From an uncultured archaeon (GTDB taxonomy: Archaea > Asgardarchaeota > Heimdallarchaeia > Heimdallarchaeales > Heimdallarchaeaceae): a stretch of DNA of 19,320 nucleotides. Position numbers and translations under genes: made by a program. The notes under the pieces are model-generated. The model did no database searches and was not told the DNA's origin. It worked only from the letters and a program-made list of their open reading frames with translations. The stretch is taken from positions 1 through 19,320 of the forward strand of contig CAZJUB010000047.1 in NCBI GenBank assembly GCA_964549075.1, read 5' to 3'. Positions 1-8,321 of this stretch are shown here, one piece after another; positions within the stretch are counted from its first letter, which is position 1, and each line of letters opens with the position of its first letter.

Positions 1-48
1 GGACTACCACCTTTGATAGCCCCCTCACTCTCACGGTAGAATCGGTTA

Positions 49-1233
49 CTACTCAACGGGCATCTCCTGCCTTAATTCAAAATGCCCACTGGTAAACTTA
101 TAGGCCCACATACTCTCTTTGGGTATTGGATAACTCCCGAGTGTAACATCATACCGATAGAGACTATTGATAATTACATTACGATCTGGAGTGTTTATAC
201 CTGCTGCAAGTGTCTGTGTTGCACTAAGGATTTTTCTATTACCTTTGATGAAATTTTTTTCAACTATTCTTCTTTGAGATGAGTTTAATCCTGCATGGTG
301 GTAGGATACCCCTTGTCTAATTAGCTGTGCTAAACCACGTGATTGTTTGGTTTGTTCACCAGTACTCAATATCTCTGATGAAGCAAGATTCAGTTTTTCT
401 AAATCTTGTTTAGTTAGAGTTTTTCCCACACTACTCGCAAGTTTCTTAGCTGTTGATTCAGCCATATTTCTAGTAGTGACAAAAATAAGCGCTTGATTTT
501 TCTTGCTAAGTATATAACTAACTAAATTATTGAAACTATCTTTATATTTCAAAGGTATAGTAAGTTCTGTTCCATCTCCATAAACTATTGTTTTATCATA
601 AAGAACTCCTTCTTTGAGTTCTACCGGTCTCCAGTCACTAGATACTAATTCAGCTTCTAACCAGCGAGCAATCTGGTCAGCATTATGTATAGTAGCACTC
701 AAGGCAAGTAATTGTGCGTCAGTTACTTTTCTGAGTAATGCAAGAACTACTTCAAGTGTCGGACCTCTTGAAGAATCATTTATTAGATGAATTTCATCTG
801 AAACTATTAATCCTATTTTATTCAGCCAGTTCGCTTGATGTCTGATTGCAGAATCAATCTTTTCGTTTGTCGCGATTATTACATCAGCATATTTTGCACT
901 AGTATCTTCCGCATCATAATCTCCAGTTAGTAAAATGGTTCTTTTGTTTAATGGATCAAGATAATTTTTAAATTCAACATATTTTTCATAAGCTAGTGCT
1001 CTCAAAGGTGACAGATATAGTGTCTTTAGTCCTGTATCAATTAAATTTTTAATACAAGCTATAATTGCAACAAGAGTTTTACCAGAAGCTGTAGGTATAG
1101 CCACTACCAAATTATTGCCTTTTAATAATCCCTTATCAATTGCTTGAGCTTGTGGTGGGTATAGCTTTGTTATGCCTTCTTCCTTTAATTTTTCTTTTAC
1201 AACATCTGGGATTGGAAGATCAGTAATATTCAT
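49..1233 (-). CDS. hel308: Hel308/Hjm (Ski2-like SF2) DNA helicase, N-terminal ~370 aa; 3' end truncated or corrupted at the window edge
   Basis: Q motif LYPPQ, Walker A IPTASGKT, motif Ia PLRALAYEK, Ib TNEKIDS, DEIH box, RGPTLE, motif III LSAT, WRPVEL, HHAGL and motif V-like TLAAGINTP are present. Motif VI (QMxGRAGR) and the C-terminal domains are absent, and homology is lost after YPIP (~pos 120). Confidence 0.92.
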   Translation of the reverse strand: MNITDLPIPDVVKEKLKEEGITKLYPPQAQAIDKGLLKGNNLVVAIPTASGKTLVAIIACIKNLIDTGLKTLYLSPLRALAYEKYVEFKNYLDPLNKRTILLTGDYDAEDTSAKYADVIIATNEKIDSAIRHQANWLNKIGLIVSDEIHLINDSSRGPTLEVVLALLRKVTDAQLLALSATIHNADQIARWLEAELVSSDWRPVELKEGVLYDKTIVYGDGTELTIPLKYKDSFNNLVSYILSKKNQALIFVTTRNMAESTAKKLASSVGKTLTKQDLEKLNLASSEILSTGEQTKQSRGLAQLIRQGVSYHHAGLNSSQRRIVEKNFIKGNRKILSATQTLAAGINTPDRNVIINSLYRYDVTLGSYPIPKESMWAYKFTSGHFELRQEMPVE

Positions 1234-1249
1234 TAGATTACCACATAAA

Positions 1250-4200
1250 TTACGCTAATTTGACATATCCGTCTCTAGGGGAGTAGATTTCTCCATTACT
1301 TCTAAGTTGATTTATAACTTTATCAACAAATTCCTCCTCTACATTTTGCTCTTTTGCTAACTCTTTGACTCTTTTAACTGATACAATATCAGAACTTCCT
1401 TGTCTGGATTCCTCTTTTATAATATCTATTATTGTTTGCATTTTTGAACGTGAAGATTTGGTTGTACCAGAAAGTAAATAATCAATATCTACACGACCTG
1501 TAATAGGATCTTTCCCAACTTGTTCGAGTGATGTTCTTAATAAATTAATAGCAGCTTCCACATGGTCAATTGTTACATCTTCTTTGAGAGCCATTCGAGC
1601 TTGTGCTTCAGATAAACGTATAATAGCTTCAAGGTATCTTGGAGTAATTGCTATCGCTGTTGTGTCATCTGATTCCTTTCTCAAGTTCAGATAAAATTTC
1701 TCTATTCTTTCCATAGCTTCATCAGTCAGAGAAGGTTCAACATGCTGTTTTGCATAACTTATATATTTTCTCAACAAATCAGTTGGAATGGTAGGTTCAG
1801 CTTCTTCTAAAACGTGACCTCTTCTTAGTTCTAAGATGTGTCTAGCCATTTTCTTATCTATATCATCATCTGGTTCATCTCGAATAACATAAATAAGATC
1901 AAATCTTGAAAGGATTGTTGCAGGAAGATTGATATTCTCTGAGGGAGGTCGAGTATCTTCATATCTACCAAAACGAGGATTAGCTGCAGCAATAACAGCA
2001 GCACGAGCGTTTAGTGTAGCTACAATACCAGCCTTAGCTATGCTAATGGTGTTATGAAGAACAAGTCCATGAGATATAAAATTCTCTGTTGGTTCTATAG
2101 TTACATCATAAACCCACTCTGCTGCAAATTCACCTTCATTCTTGATGATTTCAACTTTCTTTACTCTTAACCACTTGAAATTCTTAATTTCATCAATTTC
2201 TGCAAGGTTATCTTTTACAGAATTCAGCTGTTGACCAATCACTTTTCTATATTTTTGAAGAAGTTCTGTTCGATTTTGATTTTCATATTTCAATATTGTA
2301 GGAGTTGAATAACCTACGAGTTTAGATATTTTTGATTTTGAATATTGTATATACTCTCTAAGATTTTTTGCAGACTTGAAATTGTGAATGTTTTTTACTA
2401 GTAAATTGTATCGGTTTATCAGAGTAGAATAATATTTGTTAATAGTTTTAATTGTAATGCCATAGTTGTTATTAAGATGTTGATTGAAATAACCATCATT
2501 GCTTAATCCAAGTTTATGGAGAGAATCAATGACTAGATGTGCTACATCTGGTGGCAAAACATCATGTTTTCTACTTGATCTTCTATTCTTCATTAACAAT
2601 TTCTTTAATTTGGGAGAGGTATGAGTGTTTCCAATTATTAAATCAACAAATTTTTCGAGACTATCTCCCTCGATATATACTTTGTACCTAATTCTTACTT
2701 TCTCGTAGTCTTTTCCATATGTATATTTTTCACTCAAAATTTTAGTACTAATTCCTAGTGTTAACAGAAGATCTTGATAATCTTGGGCTAATCCTTTTGA
2801 TGCAGTTGAGTAGGAAATTGATGTACTTTCAATTGAGCTATTACCTCTAAACGCAGCTCTTAAAAACTCAATTCGGAGGTTTTCATTTATACAGAATACC
2901 TTCCTATCTATCCGTTTTTGATGACTTTTAAGCATAATTTGTGGGAAATTTTCGTGAAGATAATTGTAAATATCAATAGAAATTATCCTAAGGACTCTGT
3001 TTATATCTGTAGAGTCTATAGGTTCTAAATCAAATGAGTTCCTAATGCAATCCTTCATATCAGCTATGATATCTGAATCAGTATAGCTTAACCTTACTTC
3101 CATGGATGGACTTTCGTACGAATATCCTTCAGCAATATAATAACCTAGAAACTTAGCTAAATTGGGAGTAATTTCATCAGGTAAATTGACTTCTTTTCTT
3201 CCTTGTGAGAAGTCAGTTGTTAAGGTTGAGCTGTTCCTAAGATTCAATTTTCTTACTCCAGGAATAAACATTGTTGGAGTAACTTTGTTTGCATCTATTG
3301 TCTGAATTTTACCATTTTGTCTTACGTAAATTGGATGTTCTGGCGTAACAATTATGTCTCTCCCATTTGAATAGGTTATTTTAATAAAATGATCAGGTGC
3401 AGAATGTCGACTGACTCGATTGACATTAGTTTCAAAGATATTTTTGAAATTGGTAGTTAGTACGTTGTAATCCAATCCTTGAAGAGAAAGAATTTCACAA
3501 TCTTTTCCTAAGATCTTTCTTTCCTTGTATTTGTTGAAAAGGTCATCAACAAAAGGACCGATTTGGTTTTTCTGTCCATTTAGAAAAGTCATCTCAAAAC
3601 TTGGATGATAAGATTGTTGTTCCATCGCTTCGTGGATTGAGGATCTATCTACAGGATTCATCTTATCAAACTCGTCGATCATGCAATTATGGACTGGAAT
3701 AAAATTTGCAAAGAATGTATTATCATTTTCTATTTCTAAGTTATAAACTGCTTGTGGTTCTGTTTTGTTAATATTCTTGAGCTTAATAAAATGAACATCA
3801 TTTTCCAAAATTCGTTTTAGTAATTTGAACTCAGTGCATTGTTTAATATCTTCATTTTGTGAAAGATTATCTAAGGCAGTTCTAATATTACTCTTATTTA
3901 TACCAGAATCCTTTAACTGACTTTTTCTAATACTGTTAAGATAAAGTGTTGATTTTTCTCCATGAGGAATTTTAGACGATATTTTTTCAATGATTTTGTC
4001 AATCTTATATATTTTATCAGATTTATCTTGTCTCTTCATAATTTTATAATAAGCTTTTTTCTTTGGAGACATCAACTTATCAGGTGTAAATCTTCTAATG
4101 TTAGAAACACCTGTTATAGAAATCTTATAGATGACATATTTTCCCTCATTCACAACACCTCCGCCTTTATGCTTTATTTTATTTAATTGTGCAGCAATTC

Positions 4201-7200
4201 CAATTTTCCTTAAAAGCTTTTGATAAAAAACCGCTGTTTCTTTATTTCCAGCAACTATATCAATGATCCCTCCATATTTTCGATTCGAAATAGATCCATC
4301 TCCATTTATAATTCCAGACAGAAATGCGTGTATGATATTTACTGGTGCACTTAATATACTTGGTATAATACAAGGAACTTTTGATTTGTTAATGTTTGGA
4401 ATACCTAGACTTTGTAGATATGAGTGTACTTGTTTGTTATTAAAGTATAACATAGTAATCATATTTCTTTCATCTACATAGTTCCCTGTTTGTATTCCAA
4501 AAACCTGTTTAACTAAGAATTTATATCTATCTAATAGTTCATTAGATTTTGAGTAAAAGGATACTTTATATTTCTCTTTTGAAAGATTTCCATCAGAAAC
4601 TAACAAACCTAAAAACTCAGCTAATTCCTCTGTTAGTGAATAATCCCCCCCCTCATTTAGATTGGAGTTTAAGAAAGGATAGTTTCTAAAATCAATAATT
4701 ATATCTCCTATTCTTAACTCTTCAACTTTTTTCCATACAATACCATTGTCCCATGAAGGTAATGGATGTTCTTTAGTGACTTTGAGAAAATCTCCAGTTG
4801 AGAATTCTAATTCAAAAACTTCATTACTAAATCTCTTAGAAGTACTAACTATTCTATTTGAACTTAAGGTAAGAGTATTTGAATCAAATGATATTACTTT
4901 ATCATCTATTCCTCCTTGAGCAATTTTCTCGATAGTTACAATTTTACCTGAAGAAAGAAGTATCTCTGTATCTGAAGCTAAACAAACCCCTCGATCTGCC
5001 AAGACTAATGCTCCTGCCTCTAAGCCAAATTCACCTGTATCAGGGTCACGAATGACAGCTGCGGTATTATGAGTAACAAAACCATTTATTATGAAGTTGT
5101 GTGTTTCTGGAATTGTTAAATCATATACAAACTCATCTGTACTTTCATATTCTTCTACTTCAGTGATTTCATCCCACAAGATGTCAGAGTTTACCAATGC
5201 TTGGAGGAGTTCATATTTTTTTAGAAATTCTTCATGTTTCTGGGTTGTTTGTTTAATTGTTTGTTCTAATTCTTTCATAATTTCTTCAGGAACCATGCTA
5301 CAATCTAATTTTAATAATTTTACAAAAACTCTGATAGGGATAGTAACTTTACTCTTCCTCAGAAAGTAGTCTTGGATATTGTGGTTTTTAAGTTCTGCTT
5401 GTTTTTCAATATGATATCTGGTATTTTTCAAGAGTAAGGTTTTGTAAAATTGAGAACGAATATGGTACTGAATGGTGATTCTGTGCCTTAACCAATCAGG
5501 TTCAAGAATATTCAATATTTTTCTTAATTGTTTTTGTGATATTGTTTTTCTTATACTCGATTGAGCAAATGCTCCTTGATAACCAGCTAAATCCTTACTA
5601 GAATAGAAATAAAATTCTTTTAGTTGTTTAACTATAAAACTAGCTTCTGGAATATTATCTAGATTAAAGTGACTTGATTTGTTTAATGAACAAAGTTGAT
5701 TCAACTTCTCTCGTTTAGATGGATGTCTAAAACCAATTTGCTTTTTGAAAATCTGAAAATCATTAAAATTACTTAGAGTAATCTCAAACTTCTTTTGTTT
5801 TCCAATTATTTGAGTTCCATCGATTTTTGTTGCTGTTCTTAGCTCTCTTTCTCTTCGGAAAGTTACAACATGAAGGATTGATAAAGCATTTTGTACAAAA
5901 TCTGCAAGTTCTGAGCTTGTGGTGGAAAAACCTATGTGAGATGAGCTTTCATCTCTTATTGTAATCCATCCATCAGCATCAAATAAACCTTGAAGGATGC
6001 TTGTAAGATATTTTGTTTCATAAAATAGAATATCCGAAATTGGAGAAATTCTAGATGATTTAGGAGTGGTGCAAAGACCGAAATAAGAGAAAATATGATA
6101 GAGTAGTTTTGAACATATGCAGAATTCAGCTGGCCTTTTAGTGGTTTCTGGAGTCTTTGTAATAGTTATTCCTAGTGATTTAAAAAAATTCTCAAAAATG
6201 TTAAGCAATTCTTTATTTTTGTTTGAGAAACCGATTGTTATACCACCATATCCATCGGTACTTTGATCTTTTGATATTCGTCCATCACCAATAAGTAATC
6301 CTAAGATATAGAACCACTCAGAATCAAGATTTTTTGGTAAGGATATTGTCTGCCCTCGTTTTATCTCTACCTCGATTGTTTCTGGAAGTAATATGGAAAC
6401 TTCTTTATCTAAGATTAAACAAAGCTTCTGGAAGTTTGAAATAGAAATGTTTCCTCGGATATTCTTGTTTTTCCATGTATGGATTGTTGATTCAGAAACA
6501 TTTAGTAACTTTGCCAATTTTCTTTGAGTTCCATCTTTATCAGTTTTGCTGAATTCTTCAATGACTTGCTGAACAATTGGCGAAACATTTTTCAAAGTAA
6601 TTTCTTCTTGATAGGTTTCCAATAAGTTAAGCATCGAAGGGATAGGTTTCTTATTATAAATAGGTAAATGTTTCACAGTCGCTAATCTTTCTCCTTCTTT
6701 TAGTAAGCTTGCACTTTTCCATACTAAACCATCTTTATTATTGATAGTCAGCAAACTTGTTTGTGGAGTGATTTTGATTTCTTTTCCTGTTTTGGTTCTT
6801 ATTTTCCTCATTCTTTTTGGGCTTTTTATTTTCCAGAATTTAGATATAGGTTGCTTCTCAAGTTGAAGATTTTTTGAATGAATCGCTTGATTTTTCATAT
6901 TTGTATTCTTGATATAGTCCATATGATCATTGTATTGAAGAATCTCACCAGTCTCAAATTCTCGTTCTACAATATCGGCTATTTTAACGATATTATCGTG
7001 CAAAAAGACTTTGCTATCACCTGACACGCATAAACCAGCTGCAGTACTTGCTTTTCCTGAGGTTAAAAGACCTCTTGGTGCCAATCTTTTTACATACTGT
7101 AGCATTTGTGATTTTGCTGTGCCAGGATCGCCAATTAAAAGTAAATTTGATTCTCCTCTCTGTTTCATCCCGTCTGGAGTAACTCTAGTTATCCCACCAA

Positions 7201-8152
7201 ACAGCACTGTAGCTAGTGCTTCTTTAATCGTTTCCATTCCATAAATTGATGGTGCTAGCGATCTAATGATTTTTCTATGGATATTGATATCTGTTGAGAG
7301 ATCAAGTATTTTTTGTTCTGTTTCTGGATCTATATCTATTTCTTCAAATTCTTTCTCGCTTGAAGAAACATAGTTTACATCCAACCAAGGATCAAACGTA
7401 GCTATTTTACCTGTTTGTTTTCCTTTTACTTTCATCCTTAAGATTCCAGAAACAATTGCTCTATCACCTGCTCTAATTGTATCAACAAGATCACCTACTA
7501 ATCTAGCAGGTACAGACCGAGGTATTTGTCCTGGAGGTAGAGTTTCTGGTTTTTCTTGAACTGTAACCGTTTGAAGATCAGTATAGGTAGATTCTTCAGT
7601 TAAAAGATTAAAAGGACCATTTTTTCCACAGTTAGGATTCACACATCTTGTAGGTTCTGTATAATATCCTCCTTCTTGTTTAAGATCTGGTTGTATTTCT
7701 CCACACCTAACACACTGGAATTTACCTTCAATAAGGAGTGGCTTTACAATACTCTGACGTATGATAATTCCTTCTAAAGATATTAGCTTACCAAGATGAC
7801 CTGATCTTAACTTTCGAAGATCAACTTGATTTGGAGTGTTGCCTATACGTACTTTAAATTCAAGCTTTTCTTCTTTAGCATTTTCCACATACATTGGGTC
7901 TTCTATTCTAAGAATTTCAACAAGTGCTTCATCAGCTGCTTTGAAAGTGTTTTCAGGTTCCTCCTCTAGACTCTTGGCAATCATAGGATCAAAACGTAAA
8001 AAATCATCATGGTTAACAAACAAGGAAGTTAATCCTTCAAGGGACATTTTTTGGACTTGTTCAACATAAATAAATCTGCCATTTTCGTCTTGATAAGCTT
8101 GAAGAAACTCTTTAAACCTTCCAGTCGGAGTTGATTGCATATCGATAACCAT
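1250..8152 (-). CDS. mcm: Replicative helicase MCM precursor containing three inteins; spliced product 691 aa
   Basis: Zn finger CVRC...CVNPNC, QEKPETLPPGQIPRS, APSIYG, Walker A GDPGTAKSQ, GKASTAAGL/TAAV, LEAGALVLADRGV, Walker B IDEFDKM, HEAMEQQ/TISIAKAG, AAANP, Arg finger LSRFD, ITPRYLE, C-terminal winged helix GEIYSPRDG. 2300-655-433-521=691 aa, typical of archaeal MCM. The start may be the second ATG (8140). Confidence 0.98.
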   Translation of the reverse strand: MVIDMQSTPTGRFKEFLQAYQDENGRFIYVEQVQKMSLEGLTSLFVNHDDFLRFDPMIAKSLEEEPENTFKAADEALVEILRIEDPMYVENAKEEKLEFKVRIGNTPNQVDLRKLRSGHLGKLISLEGIIIRQSIVKPLLIEGKFQCVRCGEIQPDLKQEGGYYTEPTRCVNPNCGKNGPFNLLTEESTYTDLQTVTVQEKPETLPPGQIPRSVPARLVGDLVDTIRAGDRAIVSGILRMKVKGKQTGKIATFDPWLDVNYVSSSEKEFEEIDIDPETEQKILDLSTDINIHRKIIRSLAPSIYGMETIKEALATVLFGGITRVTPDGMKQRGESNLLLIGDPGTAKSQMLQYVKRLAPRGLLTSGKASTAAGLCVSGDSKVFLHDNIVKIADIVEREFETGEILQYNDHMDYIKNTNMKNQAIHSKNLQLEKQPISKFWKIKSPKRMRKIRTKTGKEIKITPQTSLLTINNKDGLVWKSASLLKEGERLATVKHLPIYNKKPIPSMLNLLETYQEEITLKNVSPIVQQVIEEFSKTDKDGTQRKLAKLLNVSESTIHTWKNKNIRGNISISNFQKLCLILDKEVSILLPETIEVEIKRGQTISLPKNLDSEWFYILGLLIGDGRISKDQSTDGYGGITIGFSNKNKELLNIFENFFKSLGITITKTPETTKRPAEFCICSKLLYHIFSYFGLCTTPKSSRISPISDILFYETKYLTSILQGLFDADGWITIRDESSSHIGFSTTSSELADFVQNALSILHVVTFRRERELRTATKIDGTQIIGKQKKFEITLSNFNDFQIFKKQIGFRHPSKREKLNQLCSLNKSSHFNLDNIPEASFIVKQLKEFYFYSSKDLAGYQGAFAQSSIRKTISQKQLRKILNILEPDWLRHRITIQYHIRSQFYKTLLLKNTRYHIEKQAELKNHNIQDYFLRKSKVTIPIRVFVKLLKLDCSMVPEEIMKELEQTIKQTTQKHEEFLKKYELLQALVNSDILWDEITEVEEYESTDEFVYDLTIPETHNFIINGFVTHNTAAVIRDPDTGEFGLEAGALVLADRGVCLASDTEILLSSGKIVTIEKIAQGGIDDKVISFDSNTLTLSSNRIVSTSKRFSNEVFELEFSTGDFLKVTKEHPLPSWDNGIVWKKVEELRIGDIIIDFRNYPFLNSNLNEGGDYSLTEELAEFLGLLVSDGNLSKEKYKVSFYSKSNELLDRYKFLVKQVFGIQTGNYVDERNMITMLYFNNKQVHSYLQSLGIPNINKSKVPCIIPSILSAPVNIIHAFLSGIINGDGSISNRKYGGIIDIVAGNKETAVFYQKLLRKIGIAAQLNKIKHKGGGVVNEGKYVIYKISITGVSNIRRFTPDKLMSPKKKAYYKIMKRQDKSDKIYKIDKIIEKISSKIPHGEKSTLYLNSIRKSQLKDSGINKSNIRTALDNLSQNEDIKQCTEFKLLKRILENDVHFIKLKNINKTEPQAVYNLEIENDNTFFANFIPVHNCMIDEFDKMNPVDRSSIHEAMEQQSYHPSFEMTFLNGQKNQIGPFVDDLFNKYKERKILGKDCEILSLQGLDYNVLTTNFKNIFETNVNRVSRHSAPDHFIKITYSNGRDIIVTPEHPIYVRQNGKIQTIDANKVTPTMFIPGVRKLNLRNSSTLTTDFSQGRKEVNLPDEITPNLAKFLGYYIAEGYSYESPSMEVRLSYTDSDIIADMKDCIRNSFDLEPIDSTDINRVLRIISIDIYNYLHENFPQIMLKSHQKRIDRKVFCINENLRIEFLRAAFRGNSSIESTSISYSTASKGLAQDYQDLLLTLGISTKILSEKYTYGKDYEKVRIRYKVYIEGDSLEKFVDLIIGNTHTSPKLKKLLMKNRRSSRKHDVLPPDVAHLVIDSLHKLGLSNDGYFNQHLNNNYGITIKTINKYYSTLINRYNLLVKNIHNFKSAKNLREYIQYSKSKISKLVGYSTPTILKYENQNRTELLQKYRKVIGQQLNSVKDNLAEIDEIKNFKWLRVKKVEIIKNEGEFAAEWVYDVTIEPTENFISHGLVLHNTISIAKAGIVATLNARAAVIAAANPRFGRYEDTRPPSENINLPATILSRFDLIYVIRDEPDDDIDKKMARHILELRRGHVLEEAEPTIPTDLLRKYISYAKQHVEPSLTDEAMERIEKFYLNLRKESDDTTAIAITPRYLEAIIRLSEAQARMALKEDVTIDHVEAAINLLRTSLEQVGKDPITGRVDIDYLLSGTTKSSRSKMQTIIDIIKEESRQGSSDIVSVKRVKELAKEQNVEEEFVDKVINQLRSNGEIYSPRDGYVKLA
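2051..3613 (-). mobile_element. MCM intein 3 (521 aa, residues 1514-2034; MEQQ|TIS site, CDC21-c type), Ser1 nucleophile, endonuclease possibly degenerate
   Basis: Begins SYHPSFE, block B VTPEHPI, block C FLGYYIAEG, block E FLRAAFRGNS, ends WVYDVTIEPTENFISHGLVLHN followed by +1 Thr. Confidence 0.95.
3686..4984 (-). mobile_element. MCM intein 2 (433 aa, residues 1057-1489; ADRGV|CMIDE site just before Walker B) with LAGLIDADG homing endonuclease
   Basis: Begins CLASDT, block B VTKEHPL, LAGLIDADG blocks FLGLLVSDG and FLSGIINGDG, ends VYNLEIENDNTFFANFIPVHN followed by +1 Cys. Confidence 0.96.
5066..7030 (-). mobile_element. MCM intein 1 (655 aa, residues 375-1029; AAGL|TAA site, CDC21-b type) with LAGLIDADG homing endonuclease
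   Basis: Begins CVSGDS and ends FVYDLTIPETHNFIINGFVTHN followed by +1 Thr. LAGLIDADG blocks YILGLLIGDG and ILQGLFDADG. Removing it restores GKASTAAGLTAAV. Confidence 0.96.
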
Positions 8153-8321
8153 AAATCCACTACCTAATCACTATAACTTCTCATTTTTAATCAAAGTAAT
8201 AAGTCTTACTTACTATTAGTCTTAGATATTTTTTCATTAGATATAAGGATTTATTAGTATTTAAAGCACAAAATTAATTTAAGCAGAAATTTCTCATAAA
8301 TTTATAGTATTGGTGAAATAA
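8153..8321. promoter_or_regulatory. Divergent AT-rich promoter region (mcm / membrane hydrolase) with a GGTGA ribosome-binding motif before ATG 8322
   Basis: 169-bp very AT-rich gap between head-to-head genes, with TATA-like TTTAAA/TTTATA hexamers and ggtga just upstream of the ATG at 8322. Individual boxes cannot be assigned confidently. Confidence 0.45.

Noticed and set aside
1-20. GGACTAC start resembling the 16S rRNA 806R primer, or an adapter remnant
   Set aside because: Only 7 bases match; the following sequence is neither 16S-like nor a recognisable Illumina adapter.
7105-7135. Possible fourth MCM intein at the Walker A site
   Set aside because: GDPGTAKSQ is contiguous, so the site is unoccupied.
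82-8069. Short + strand ORFs 82..282, 3962..4186, 4263..4481, 5091..5369, 7011..7244 and 7836..8069
   Set aside because: Antisense shadows lying wholly inside hel308/mcm, with no recognisable motifs.
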